Assembly: GCA_965208325.1 (NCBI GenBank)
Contig: OZ242326.1
Coordinates: 768,001 to 832,000 of the forward strand
DNA from: Candidatus Poribacteria bacterium
Lineage (GTDB): Bacteria > Poribacteria > WGA-4E > PCPOR2b
Length of the DNA: 64,000 nucleotides
Direction: 5' to 3'
Shown: one piece after another, positions 38,230 to 48,600 of the stretch
Numbering within the stretch: the stretch's first letter is position 1
Layout of the letters: every line of letters begins with the position of its first letter
Notes under the pieces: model-generated
What the model was told of the DNA's origin: nothing
Seen by the model: only the letters and a program-made list of their open reading frames with translations
Databases searched by the model: none
Made by a program: the position numbers and the translations under genes

Positions 38230-39609
38230 GTGGTCGTCAATGCTGCAAAAAAAATAAACTGGGAAAAAACAGTGCTGCAACAACAAACGGAATCCGTTCG
38301 ACCAGCAGAACCGATGATTGGCGCCGAGATATTCAATTGGACCAAATGGGATGCGTGTACCCACTGCGGTTTGTGCCTGCCGACTTGTCCTACGTACCGC
38401 GAGCTGGGCCTGGAAACCGATTCCCCGCGCGGCAGACTATATCTTATGGGTGCTGCATTTAGGGCTGGAGATCCCGTTCCTCTCAATGAGAACTGGGCGA
38501 AGTATATGTACCGCTGCTTGGATTGCCGTGCATGCGAAACAGCGTGTCCTTCCGGGGTGCATTTTGGAGAGATAATGGAGGAAGCGCGCGCGATTTACGA
38601 ACTGAATACGAACCGTCCTGCAGAAGAAAAGTTTTGGAGGCGATTTGCGTTCAAGGAGATTCTCCCGCACAAGAAGCGGTTGGATTTTATTTTCGGTGCG
38701 CTGTGGCTGTATCAACGGCTGGGAATTCGTTGGTTTGCCCAAAAGTCGGGTTTGCTTAGGTTAATGGGGAAACTAGGAGAAGTGGAGCCGCTCATGCCCA
38801 CGGTTTCCAATCCGTACCTAAAATCCAAACTTCAGGAATTCACACCGTCAAAAGGAAAAGCTCGATATCGGGTTGGGTTAATTTCCGGATGTGTCATGAA
38901 TCAGGTATTTGCAGAGACGAACTTGGCAACTGTCCGCGTACTAATCGAGAACGGCTGCGATGTCATCACGCCGGCTGGGCAAACTTGCTGCGGCGCATTG
39001 CATGTCCACAATGGTGTGCGTGATGTTGGCTTGGACCTTGCGCGACAGAATATTGATACGTTCAATACGGAAGACCTAGACGCGATAATTATAAACGCAG
39101 CAGGATGCGGCGCCACGCTCAAAGAATACGGGAGTTTGTTGGAACGCGATCCCATGTATGCCGAAAAATCGAAGGCGTTTAGTGCGAAGATGAGGGACAT
39201 CAGCGAGTTCCTTACCGAGATTGGCATGAAGCCGCCTGAAGGCGTGATTAATCGCCGCGTGACGTACGACGAACCGTGCCATCTCGTACATGGGCAGGGA
39301 AGTCGACTCCAGCCTCGCAGTGTGCTGCAGTCTATTCCGGGACTGGATTTTATCGAATTGCATGAATCAGAATGGTGTTGCGGCAGTGCGGGGATTTATA
39401 ACATTACGCAACCAGAGATGTCGGCGCGGATACTGAAGCGTAAGATGGAACACATTGCGGAAGTTGACGCAGAAGTCGTCGCTACGGGCAATCCGGGTTG
39501 TGTATTGCAACTGCAACTAGGCATTCAAAAACACAACTTGCCGATGAAAGTAATGCACCCGATTGAACTTCTCGATTGTTCTTATCGGGGGATAGATCCG
39601 CTTGGGTGA
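38230..39609 (+). CDS. glcF: Glycolate oxidase Fe-S subunit-like protein
   Basis: CTHCGLCLPTCP and CLDCRACETACPSGV ferredoxin motifs; two CCG domains. Confidence 0.85.
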   Translation: MVVNAAKKINWEKTVLQQQTESVRPAEPMIGAEIFNWTKWDACTHCGLCLPTCPTYRELGLETDSPRGRLYLMGAAFRAGDPVPLNENWAKYMYRCLDCRACETACPSGVHFGEIMEEARAIYELNTNRPAEEKFWRRFAFKEILPHKKRLDFIFGALWLYQRLGIRWFAQKSGLLRLMGKLGEVEPLMPTVSNPYLKSKLQEFTPSKGKARYRVGLISGCVMNQVFAETNLATVRVLIENGCDVITPAGQTCCGALHVHNGVRDVGLDLARQNIDTFNTEDLDAIIINAAGCGATLKEYGSLLERDPMYAEKSKAFSAKMRDISEFLTEIGMKPPEGVINRRVTYDEPCHLVHGQGSRLQPRSVLQSIPGLDFIELHESEWCCGSAGIYNITQPEMSARILKRKMEHIAEVDAEVVATGNPGCVLQLQLGIQKHNLPMKVMHPIELLDCSYRGIDPLG

Positions 39610-39703
39610 TTCGGCGCGTATATATTAGCTCCACCGAGATTGAATTTACTTTTGCAGTTTACGGGTATTTCTTCCTACAGACAGCTTACACCAGTTTCAC
39701 TTC

Positions 39704-40987
39704 CTACCATTGCGAAGCCAATTCATTTTTGACGAACTTGCCTTCAATCATAACTGCTTTGGGGTTCAATTCGGCGTCTAGAATGACAAGATCCGCGTCT
39801 TTTCCGGGTGCAATAGACCCCTTCTGATTATCCAATTTGAGACTTTTCGCGGGCGTGAGGGTCGCCATAGCCACGGCTTCCTCTAAGGAATATCCCCAAC
39901 TGACGACGTTTCGCAATCCCTCCATCAGCGTAATCATCCCACCATAGAGTCTCGCGTCGCGTTCCCCCAGGTTTATCCAGACGGCTCGGTTTTTGATGAA
40001 ATAGTTAAGATTGGAGCCGGCGGATAATTTTTCCCAATCTAGCCGGTAAGCGTCGAGATCAGGCTCATACACGGAATGTTGTATCCACTCCTCTTTTGAA
40101 ATACCCGCCGAGGCGGTACTATCCGTAACAAGTCCTACGCCGTCAATCCCTTTCCACATAATTAGCGTTTTCGCCCAAATTGGATTGACATGTATTCCAT
40201 CGACGATGATTTCCGCATGTATCTTGGGATGCTTAAAGATTGCTTCGACTGCGCCGAGATTTCGGTGGTGCATGCCGCTCATGCCATTAAATGTGTGAGT
40301 CGCTCGTGTAATCCCAGCATCTATTGCCGCCATGGCTTGGTCATACGTTGCGTTGGTGTGTCCCATCGCAACGGTGATGTTATTGTAGGCTTCTTCACTG
40401 TAAGTAGCAAGGTGTTTCGTGAATTTTAGCCCGTCATCATCTTCCGGCGCAATTGATATTATTTTAATGGTGCCATCTGAAGCCGCCCACATGGCGTGGA
40501 AATCTTCAAAATTCGGGGAACAAATGTACTCTAAATTTTGAGCACCCCGCTTTTCACGGCTCCCGAATTTCCCTTCCACGTAGGATCCCAGAATTCGCGC
40601 ACCGCCTTCAACGGGATTGTTTACGAGGTATCCCACCGCGTCTAGCGCGTGATTGATTTGTTCCATGCTAGCTGATGAGATTGTTAATACGATTGAAGTG
40701 ACGCCTTGCGCGGCGTGCGCTCGAGCTGTTTTTTCTAAATCCTTAGCATTGCTGAAAAGTGTGTCGGCACCGCCACCCCCGTGAACCAGCGTATCGATTA
40801 AGCCAGGAATCACGATGCAATCCGCCGCGTTGACAACAGTTGCCGATTGGTATTCGGATGCGTCGAACGATTCAGTACCAATCGAATCAATCTTGTTACC
40901 TCGAATGAAGATGTTGCTTTCCGACTGATATGCGGGAGCATAAACCTCGCCGCCGATAATGGCGATTCTTGTATCATCTGGTGTCAT
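39704..40987 (-). CDS. nagA: N-acetylglucosamine-6-phosphate deacetylase family amidohydrolase
   Basis: PGLID..HG, EG, GHTNA, THTFNGM, DGIH, LVTD and GKDADLV motifs. Confidence 0.85.
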   Translation of the reverse strand: MTPDDTRIAIIGGEVYAPAYQSESNIFIRGNKIDSIGTESFDASEYQSATVVNAADCIVIPGLIDTLVHGGGGADTLFSNAKDLEKTARAHAAQGVTSIVLTISSASMEQINHALDAVGYLVNNPVEGGARILGSYVEGKFGSREKRGAQNLEYICSPNFEDFHAMWAASDGTIKIISIAPEDDDGLKFTKHLATYSEEAYNNITVAMGHTNATYDQAMAAIDAGITRATHTFNGMSGMHHRNLGAVEAIFKHPKIHAEIIVDGIHVNPIWAKTLIMWKGIDGVGLVTDSTASAGISKEEWIQHSVYEPDLDAYRLDWEKLSAGSNLNYFIKNRAVWINLGERDARLYGGMITLMEGLRNVVSWGYSLEEAVAMATLTPAKSLKLDNQKGSIAPGKDADLVILDAELNPKAVMIEGKFVKNELASQW

Positions 40988-41198
40988 TTAGCATTCCATT
41001 TGATAGTTAAGATATTTTTCAATGGATTCGGAGTGGCGACTACGCGTCCATCTAGCAACGGGGTTGCAAGAGATTAACCATGTATTCAAGATTTACTAAC
41101 TCAGTGAATTTAACCCGCGTTTCAGCTAACATAGGCTGAGTGTTTTGGGGTAATTGGGTATTGAAGGTGAATCGAAGGATTTCCATTTCTAGAAAAAC

Positions 41199-41945
41199 TC
41201 AATACGTTGCTCTGCCGCCACTCACATCGTAACACTGCCCGGTAACGAAACTAGCGTCGTCCGAAGCCAAGAAATGAACGACAGCGGCAACTTCCTCGGG
41301 CTTTCCCACTCGGCCTAACGGAATCTTGCTGACCATATAATCAATCGTAGACTGGCTTACTTGTTCGAGGATGCTTGTATCAATAACGGCTGGCGAGACA
41401 CAATTAACGCATAAATTGTGCGCCGTGACCTCTTTGGCAAGTGCTTTAGTCAGGCAAATGACACCTGCCTTGGAAGCAGAGTAAGGAATAAGCGTTGGAT
41501 TTCCTTCCTTGCCCGCGATTGAGGCAACATTCACAATCTTGCCGTATTTTCGTTGAATCATATGATTGATGACGGCTTTGCAACAGAGGAAAACACCTTT
41601 TAAATTCAAATCAATGACCCTATCCCAATCGGATTCATCCAATTCCGTCAGCGGCGCAGTTTTGCCAGCGATGCCTGCGTTGTTTATCAGAATATCAATC
41701 TGATTCAACGTGTTCAATGTCCGGTGGACCATTTCTTGAATCTCATCTCGTTTTGAGACATCTGCCTGGATGGGCAGCGCACGGCACTGCAATTCTTCAA
41801 TCTCTCGAGCTACCTCTTTTAAGCTCGCCAAATCAATATCTACCGGGACTACATCCGCTCCAGCTTGTGCGAAACGAAGTGAGATCGCCCGCCCAATCCC
41901 TTTTCCTGCGCCAGTTACAATAGCAACCTTTCCGCTTAAGTTCAT
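41199..41945 (-). CDS. SDR family NAD(P)-dependent oxidoreductase
   Basis: TGAGKGIG, NNAG and YSASK motifs; GGAGG RBS. Confidence 0.95.
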   Translation of the reverse strand: MNLSGKVAIVTGAGKGIGRAISLRFAQAGADVVPVDIDLASLKEVAREIEELQCRALPIQADVSKRDEIQEMVHRTLNTLNQIDILINNAGIAGKTAPLTELDESDWDRVIDLNLKGVFLCCKAVINHMIQRKYGKIVNVASIAGKEGNPTLIPYSASKAGVICLTKALAKEVTAHNLCVNCVSPAVIDTSILEQVSQSTIDYMVSKIPLGRVGKPEEVAAVVHFLASDDASFVTGQCYDVSGGRATY

Positions 41946-42102
41946 ATGCCCCTCCTTGTGTCAATTGAGTCTGTTGCTGTCGTACAAAACCAACATTGAA
42001 TGTTGGGATGAATGTAAATTGTGTTTATCCGCATGGGTTGGATTCTCGGTGAATATTGTGAATATAGGCAAATAACCGGTGGAAACTAATTCTAAGGATG
42101 CA

Positions 42103-42759
42103 TTAACCAATGACCCGAAAATCATGCAGACCGTGACGGAATATTACAACCCCGTTCATGTTAGTTATATTGATTTTTATCTCATATCGACTGAACCAAG
42201 CAACAAACCCTGTTATAATTTCGCCCCCATGGAGCGTCGCCGTCACCAAAATTCTATCTTTGCAGCATTTATTGAGGATGCTGTCCTCAACGTGGAATCG
42301 ATCGGATTTTGGGACGATGGCGTCTAGCTTCCGGCGTTTCAATGCTTCATCGAAAGCAATGCGCGGCAAAATTTGAAATGCTTGATTTCGCTTATACATG
42401 TATTTGATGCTTATTTTTTCAATACGCCGCATCTTCCCGTCGGATAAAACATCGAAAGCGTAAGTCATCCGGCGAATGATAACACCTACAAGCGTTTCGC
42501 CGTACCGTGCAAAAACCATGAGTGTCTTCTTTCGAATCTGCTTTTGCACGTAGGAACGACCAAATCCTTCTGCACGGATCTGCGCCAACAATTTTGGGGC
42601 TAATTGACGGCGTGCCGGTGTATTCCAAGATTTATTATTCTTTTGCCTCCGTGCTTGTCCGTACGAGACTTGGGACTGGGTGAAATACATCTGTTCTGCA
42701 GAAACTGAACCCCGTGAATCGCTTTGAGGGCGCCAGAAACTGGTTATCGGAATCACCAT
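42103..42759 (-). CDS. Hypothetical basic protein with two Hfq/Sm-like segments
   Basis: By-eye similarity of the C-terminal segment to the Hfq helix-Sm1-Sm2 pattern; start uncertain. Confidence 0.6.
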   Translation of the reverse strand: MVIPITSFWRPQSDSRGSVSAEQMYFTQSQVSYGQARRQKNNKSWNTPARRQLAPKLLAQIRAEGFGRSYVQKQIRKKTLMVFARYGETLVGVIIRRMTYAFDVLSDGKMRRIEKISIKYMYKRNQAFQILPRIAFDEALKRRKLDAIVPKSDRFHVEDSILNKCCKDRILVTATLHGGEIITGFVAWFSRYEIKINITNMNGVVIFRHGLHDFRVIG

Positions 42760-43021
42760 TAGCGAGTTGAGTTCCTTATATCGGTTGAATGCGGCATCGG
42801 CGGCGGTGGATAATCCAGAAACGTGTATGTTCCAGATCGTTAAATCGACTAGTGCGGTGTATTGGAACACGCAGCGATGTCTCTGCAGGCAAAATTAAAC
42901 TTCTCTATCGCGGGTACGCCCGTGCACGTTTTTACCGTTTATGCAATAAAATCCGATTAAAATACGTCTTGAAATAGTAACGTCTAATGAGTTTCATACT
43001 CGGCCAATACCCTGAATTATG

Positions 43022-43050
43022 TTGATAACGCATAGGAATTTTGGTATAAT
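43022..43050 (+). promoter_or_regulatory. Sigma70 promoter
   Basis: TTGATA-17 bp-TATAAT with extended TG. Confidence 0.6.
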
Positions 43051-43066
43051 TCGTCTGTTTTAACTT

Positions 43067-43441
43067 ATGCAGTCACGGTATGGTGCAACTATGCGATCGC
43101 CTTTTTTCGGCGGAAAAACTCCTAGGACGTTCCGTTTTCTACGCTTCCTTTATCACCTTCCGAATTTCGTTAAACTGACCTGGCGTTTGTTTTGGGACCC
43201 GCGTGTACCGGTTCATCGTAAGGCAATTCTCGTGATTTTTTGCATGCTCGCAATCGTTCTGTCAGTGGCTTACTTTTATCTTCCCTTTGACGCGATTCCT
43301 GATTTCCTTCCCATTGGAAGAGGCGACGATCTGCTCATTGGAATTTTCTTGATTTTGGTTCCGGGTGCATGGTTGTTCATCAAATTTTGCCCGGAAGATA
43401 TCGTGAATGAACATGTTGACCAGATTTCAAAACGGCATTGA
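43067..43441 (+). CDS. DUF1232/YkvA family membrane protein
   Basis: DPRVP, YFYLPFDAIPDFLPIGRGDDL and CPEDIVNEH motifs. Confidence 0.88.
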   Translation: MQSRYGATMRSPFFGGKTPRTFRFLRFLYHLPNFVKLTWRLFWDPRVPVHRKAILVIFCMLAIVLSVAYFYLPFDAIPDFLPIGRGDDLLIGIFLILVPGAWLFIKFCPEDIVNEHVDQISKRH

Positions 43442-43739
43442 AACCGCCACACAGATATTCATTGCGGGGCGGAAGGTACCAATATATTTCACGACTGGCG
43501 CCAGCGCTAACTCCGAGTACGAATAAAACAAGAATACCACGACATTGAATAACACGCAACTAGAAATTAAAGGGATAAGCGTATGCTGATGTCCCTTTCG
43601 TCTTGATGTGTAAGTCTGGATTTGCTAAAATAGTCGTCTTGTTGAGAATCTCATGAATTCGTCTTCTGCGCCAGTTGAAGCAAAGATTTATGAACATCGC
43701 TTTTGTTGTGAATTTGGGGAATACATGAAGGAGAAGCCT

Positions 43740-44912
43740 ATGAGTAGATCGTGGATCCGAAGCGGCAATGAAGTGCTTGCAACTCTGCAAGATGTTGTGG
43801 CAATTGAAAGCGTGAACCCCGATTTGCCCGGCGGCTGCCGCGGCGAGATTGACATGGTGGAATATATCTCTGATTTCTTCGACGCCGCCGGGATCCCTTC
43901 TGAAACACATGAAGTCCTACCGGGGCGAAGTAACATTGTCGCAACACTTGAGGGTGTAAACCCCGATCGTGTGTTGTTGTTTGAATGCCATATGGACACA
44001 GCTAGCGCCGACATCATGACGATTCCGCCCTTTGAACCGCACATCCGTGATGACTTGTTGTACGGGCGCGGTGCGTCTGACACGAAAGCCGGTGGGGTTG
44101 CGATGATGCATGCCATGAAACGGCTGAAATCGGCGGGCGTCACGCCGCCGTGCACCATCAAATACGCGGGCGCCGTGGATGAAGAATACCGCTTTCGAGG
44201 CGCGCTGCACCTTGCGGCAACCGTCAAGGCAGACGCGGCGATTATTGCGGAACCGACTGAACTCGCTGTCATCCGAACGCACAAGGGTATTGCACGTTTT
44301 CGAATTGTAGTTAAGGGTATCGCGGCACACAGTTCTAAGCCGCAGCTCGGTGTCAACGCCATATCTAAGATGGCTCGGATTATCAGCGCAATTGAAAGCG
44401 AAATTGTGCCGATGTACAAAAAGAGTGTCCATCCTCTAGTCGGTAGTCCAACCGTGAATGTTGGCGTTATTTCTGGCGGAACGCAGTTTAACTTTGTTCC
44501 CGACCGATGCGTCATTGAGGTTGACCGGCGTGTCATTCCCGGACAGACTCCGGAGGCGGCTCTTGATGAGTTTCGCCAACTGTTGTCACGCGCTCAAGCG
44601 GTGGATCCGGAGTTAGACGCGTTTTTAGAGGAACCGTTTTTGCTGGATGGCGCCATGGAAACACCTGAAAGCGCGGCCATTGTTCAGATTGCAATCAATG
44701 CCTGCCGCGTTGTGCAAGGCGACGCGGCAATCACGGGCGTTCCCTATGGCACCGATGCCAGCAAATTTACGGCAGTCGGCATTCCTGCGATTGTCTTCGG
44801 TCCGGGCAGCATTGACCAAGCCCACGCCGCCGTGGAATGGATATCTTGTGAACAAGTTTTAACGGCTGTAGACATTTATCAACAGATAATGATGACTGAC
44901 CTTGCCGTTTGA
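43740..44912 (+). CDS. M20 family metallopeptidase/amidohydrolase (ArgE/DapE-like)
   Basis: HMDT, GRGASDTK, DEE, AEPT, AHSS and QAH motifs; AAGGAG RBS before ATG 43740. Confidence 0.92.
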   Translation: MSRSWIRSGNEVLATLQDVVAIESVNPDLPGGCRGEIDMVEYISDFFDAAGIPSETHEVLPGRSNIVATLEGVNPDRVLLFECHMDTASADIMTIPPFEPHIRDDLLYGRGASDTKAGGVAMMHAMKRLKSAGVTPPCTIKYAGAVDEEYRFRGALHLAATVKADAAIIAEPTELAVIRTHKGIARFRIVVKGIAAHSSKPQLGVNAISKMARIISAIESEIVPMYKKSVHPLVGSPTVNVGVISGGTQFNFVPDRCVIEVDRRVIPGQTPEAALDEFRQLLSRAQAVDPELDAFLEEPFLLDGAMETPESAAIVQIAINACRVVQGDAAITGVPYGTDASKFTAVGIPAIVFGPGSIDQAHAAVEWISCEQVLTAVDIYQQIMMTDLAV

Positions 44913-44944
44913 TTGTTAGGATTTTCGAACAGGAGGAAAAAGAT

Positions 44945-45415
44945 ATGTTTTCGGTAAAGCAACTGGGACATGTAGGGATATTTTGCACGGACCTGCAGAG
45001 ATCAAAGGAGTTCTATACCCGTAATCTAGGTCTCACCGTCACCGACGAGGATCCCGAAGGCCGCTTAATATTTCTCAGCGCGCGGCCTGAAGAGGAGCAC
45101 CATGAAGTCGCCCTCTGCCCGGGCAGGGATACGCCGCCGGGGGCGAAGGTCATCCAGCAGATTTCCTTCATTGTGGAGGATCTTGCTACACTGAAACAGA
45201 TTTACCAACATCTCAAGCAAAATGGGGTGCGCTTCCGAAGCGTCGTGAGCCACGGCATGTGCATCGCTATCTATTTTTACGATCCCGACGATAATGTCCT
45301 TGAGGTTTACGCGAAGACTCCGTACCGAACGCCGCAGCCATATATAGAGGACGTAAATCTCGATCTGACTGAACAGGAGTTGCTAGCCATTGCTGAAGCA
45401 AGCCTCCGGTCTTAG
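44945..45415 (+). CDS. VOC family protein (extradiol dioxygenase-like domain)
   Basis: LGHVG, EHHE and YFYDPDDNVLE motifs; AGGAGG RBS. Confidence 0.88.
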   Translation: MFSVKQLGHVGIFCTDLQRSKEFYTRNLGLTVTDEDPEGRLIFLSARPEEEHHEVALCPGRDTPPGAKVIQQISFIVEDLATLKQIYQHLKQNGVRFRSVVSHGMCIAIYFYDPDDNVLEVYAKTPYRTPQPYIEDVNLDLTEQELLAIAEASLRS

Positions 45416-45491
45416 CTTTACTACTCTCAAATTTATTTTGTATAGCGTTATAGTGTTATACTAACTGAAATGAATACTAGGAGATTATTCG

Positions 45492-46802
45492 ATGACTGAA
45501 AGACGCAAACCGTATGTATATGTTACGCTAGAAGGCCCTGATGATGGCGGTGATTTTGGGCCGAATACACCGGGAACCAAAACGAGCGGTTTTCAAGAAG
45601 CCATAGATTACGCACACGAAATTTGTAGGGATGTTTACGTCTTTGGGGGGAGAGGCGGAATGCACGGCGGGGAAGGCATTCCACACAATGTGTATACGCT
45701 TGATGAGACGTTACGGATTCCTTGGAGTCAAGATTTTCGAATGGACGGCGGGAATTATCTGTTGGCCTATCAGCCGTCTAGCGGTGATGCCATACATATT
45801 GACAGCCAGATGAATTGCAGGTACAAGCTTGGTCTCCTTACTTGTGCTTCCGACGGCGCCACCGTCCGAATTAAACCGGAGACACCAGGTCCTGACGATT
45901 TTGTTGCTATTACTGCCAGTATTTTTGATTTCTCTGCGGTCTGTTCTCAGGGAACCGGAATTGTTATTGATTCCTCTGAAGGGCTCATTATCAATAGTAA
46001 AGTCTTCGCCGAAGAAACGAACACGCGCAAGCAGGGAGTCTATGTCACCGACGACGGCGGATCGGGGCAATGGATTAGCAACAATCACATACAAGTAATG
46101 TATGGAAACCAATATCACGCCCATGCGAACTGCACCGGACTTCAGCTGGGCGACCCCGGATCAAAAAAGATTGTAAACAATACGTTTGAGATGTCGTTGC
46201 ATTCGCCGAGAGGCGCATACTTGGATCCGGAGACCAAGAGATATCTGACTGCTGAAGACTTTGTCCCGGAAAATGCGGTAGGGGCAGATATTTACGCTCA
46301 ACGGAATGTGCTGCACTTGTCATTTTACGGTAAGAGGTCTTCTGGACAGGACATAATTTTTGAGCCAGAATCGAGGGATAACACCATACACGCCTTCAAC
46401 CTACCGAATGGGATCACAAACCGGGCTACGGTGCCTACGAATCGAATCGTACCCAATTGGCCTATCGGTTTCGATTTACCCACTCCACCAGTTCCGGCGT
46501 CGGGAGAATCGCTGGTGAATACCACCCCATACACTGCGCAAATCATCATTCTTGCAACGGGAGAAGTTTCAAGTTGGACGCTAACAGATGCCGAAAGCCC
46601 CAATCAGACTTATCCACGAAACCTCAGTCTCGCGGACAATCTGAATCGACCGCAACTAACGGCGCCACCGCCCAGGGCACCAATTAACCAAACTATTTCT
46701 GCAGGTTTTTTCCCCGGACAGACAATTGTTTTGGAACCTGGGGAACACATCCAACTCACGTATTCACAAGCGCCTACCTGGAGATGGAAGGCGTTAAGAT
46801 GA
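45492..46802 (+). CDS. Hypothetical protein, probable right-handed beta-helix
   Basis: Long ORF with AGGAG RBS; SGFQEAIDYA cap helix followed by G/I/N-rich beta repeats. Confidence 0.7.
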   Translation: MTERRKPYVYVTLEGPDDGGDFGPNTPGTKTSGFQEAIDYAHEICRDVYVFGGRGGMHGGEGIPHNVYTLDETLRIPWSQDFRMDGGNYLLAYQPSSGDAIHIDSQMNCRYKLGLLTCASDGATVRIKPETPGPDDFVAITASIFDFSAVCSQGTGIVIDSSEGLIINSKVFAEETNTRKQGVYVTDDGGSGQWISNNHIQVMYGNQYHAHANCTGLQLGDPGSKKIVNNTFEMSLHSPRGAYLDPETKRYLTAEDFVPENAVGADIYAQRNVLHLSFYGKRSSGQDIIFEPESRDNTIHAFNLPNGITNRATVPTNRIVPNWPIGFDLPTPPVPASGESLVNTTPYTAQIIILATGEVSSWTLTDAESPNQTYPRNLSLADNLNRPQLTAPPPRAPINQTISAGFFPGQTIVLEPGEHIQLTYSQAPTWRWKALR

Positions 46803-46928
46803 TTCTGCTGCGTCCGCGTATCCCAATGCAGCAAACAGAGCGTGTGTTCTGTATGGTTGGAAAAGCTATCGAACGAATACGTGAAATTTCTTAGGCGGCG
46901 GAAAGAAGAAACGGCTTAATCGACTCTG

Positions 46929-48227
46929 CTAATAAGTTGCTTGGATAGTAAGCGAAGCGATGTGGTTGGTAAATTTCAGAAAGTCGAAAATTCTGGCTGT
47001 TTCGTTAGTACCGTTTTTAGTGAGTTGGTAATCACCGAGTAGGTTAAGCCGGTCTCGGAGTTTCCAGTTGAATCGGAGATTTAAGCCGATCTGATTGTCC
47101 TTGCGTTTCTCGGCGTTTTCGTTTAGAACGAGCCCCTCGCCGCGTACTTCTCGCTCATCGAAATAAATGCCTAAACGGGACAGGCGCACGCGAGCCCAAT
47201 TATTGCTGTCAATTTTATAGAATGCGCTCATCGCTATTTCGATACTGGAATAGTCGTAGAAGCCGACATCAGAGTTGTTCAAGAACAGATTTAATTCTTC
47301 TTGCAATACAACATGATCGGTCGGGATTTCGACCAGCTTGGCGGATAGAAATTGGCGCAGATCTGTTCGCGATTCATCCCCTTGCAAGCCCGCAATAAAT
47401 TGCACAAGATTGTTAAGATTATTTTTGTAATTCTCTCCTTCAATCGAATATTCAAACTTTCCCAACAAACGATTCACTATCCCCACCTGTATCCGTGCCA
47501 CGCCCTGATGACTTGTGGATCCGACAAGCAGAAAATCCTCGCGCCTTGTCAGGTCATCATCGAATGAGCGCGCGCGGAGGTTGTATTCCAATAACTTACC
47601 GAACCGGAAATTGATTTGGCGCTGTATGCTATCATAGGTGTCATCCTGCCGATCTAATCGCTGGAGTTGGTGTGATAAGCTAAGAAGCGGAAGTTTATCA
47701 GTCGGACGAAAATTAAGTTCAGTCAGAAAGAGATCTGTGAACGCATCAAATTCGTTGAGTTGCCCGTTTTCGCCGCTATAGTTTTCCAGTTGCGGAAAAT
47801 ACTGAAAATTCAACCCGAAATGAGATCCAAGCGGCAGAGTTCCTTGAAAGTTGACTCCGGCTTGATTGACAATTCCTTGAAGTTGCGGGCTTTCGCGTCC
47901 CGCAAGGCTACTGGTATTGGGATCGATGCTCAAACCAAATTCGAGATGATTATTGAACGTATTGCTAAGCTGATAATCAACGGTTAACTCGGGTTCAAAG
48001 ACTGCCGGTTCTTCAATCTCTTGTTCAAACAATTCTTGGCCAAATTGCCTTTGAATCTGCGCCGAGGAGTTCAACACGCCGAATGTCAATTGGACGAATA
48101 TGCAAATCCAGATTGGCAGTTTAAAGCTGGCACGACTTATCTGTTGTTGCAATTGAACGTTCCTATTCCTTTCTAAGCTGAAATCAGGGGTTGCAGGGGC
48201 ATGATTCGCGGTCAAAATATACCACAC
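46929..48227 (-). CDS. Outer-membrane beta-barrel protein of unknown function
   Basis: Signal-like segment ending SSA; alternating amphipathic strands; ends LTIQATY; true start probably downstream of 48227. Confidence 0.7.
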   Translation of the reverse strand: MWYILTANHAPATPDFSLERNRNVQLQQQISRASFKLPIWICIFVQLTFGVLNSSAQIQRQFGQELFEQEIEEPAVFEPELTVDYQLSNTFNNHLEFGLSIDPNTSSLAGRESPQLQGIVNQAGVNFQGTLPLGSHFGLNFQYFPQLENYSGENGQLNEFDAFTDLFLTELNFRPTDKLPLLSLSHQLQRLDRQDDTYDSIQRQINFRFGKLLEYNLRARSFDDDLTRREDFLLVGSTSHQGVARIQVGIVNRLLGKFEYSIEGENYKNNLNNLVQFIAGLQGDESRTDLRQFLSAKLVEIPTDHVVLQEELNLFLNNSDVGFYDYSSIEIAMSAFYKIDSNNWARVRLSRLGIYFDEREVRGEGLVLNENAEKRKDNQIGLNLRFNWKLRDRLNLLGDYQLTKNGTNETARIFDFLKFTNHIASLTIQATY

Positions 48228-48314
48228 TCAATTGGCCGGTCATCGTTTATTAATTTCAATACGTCCGCTCCCTTTTAAACGTAATCTCTTCTTATGCGAG
48301 GCAGCGATTCAGTA

Positions 48315-48581
48315 TCATCTGCCAGCGACGCCCATCACACAGGCGAGGCTTCCATCAATGGTTAAACTGATCGGGCGATGCGGCGGCAAATGGATTGAGG
48401 ATATAATTCTGTAATTCTCATCTTTGGCGGCATCTGCTATCAAAAAAACACCGCTGCTACTTGTTCGAGAGAATAACATTATTGTTTTTGTTGCTAAATG
48501 ATGAAAGAGAAATTGAACCGAGAATTCGGGGATTCTGAACATCCGATACATCGAGAATCGACAAGACGGTTTGATTATCAT
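48315..48581 (-). CDS. Hypothetical 88-aa protein
   Basis: AGGAG directly before ATG; within a co-oriented cluster; no recognisable motif. Confidence 0.3.
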   Translation of the reverse strand: MIIKPSCRFSMYRMFRIPEFSVQFLFHHLATKTIMLFSRTSSSGVFLIADAAKDENYRIISSIHLPPHRPISLTIDGSLACVMGVAGR

Positions 48582-48600
48582 TGACTCCTGCGGGCGTTGC

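Noticed and set aside
43688..44536. 282-aa antisense ORF and similar long shadow ORFs (1238..1876, 7829..8410, 28600..29184, 58097..58735, 60722..61462)
   Set aside because: They lie within well-supported genes on another frame or strand and show no recognisable motifs.
48240..48320. Second possible double-UGA readthrough (AGR-TGA-TAC-TGA) at the end of the 88-aa ORF
   Set aside because: The ORF itself is weak, I see no convincing hairpin downstream, and the extension is short with no recognisable domain.
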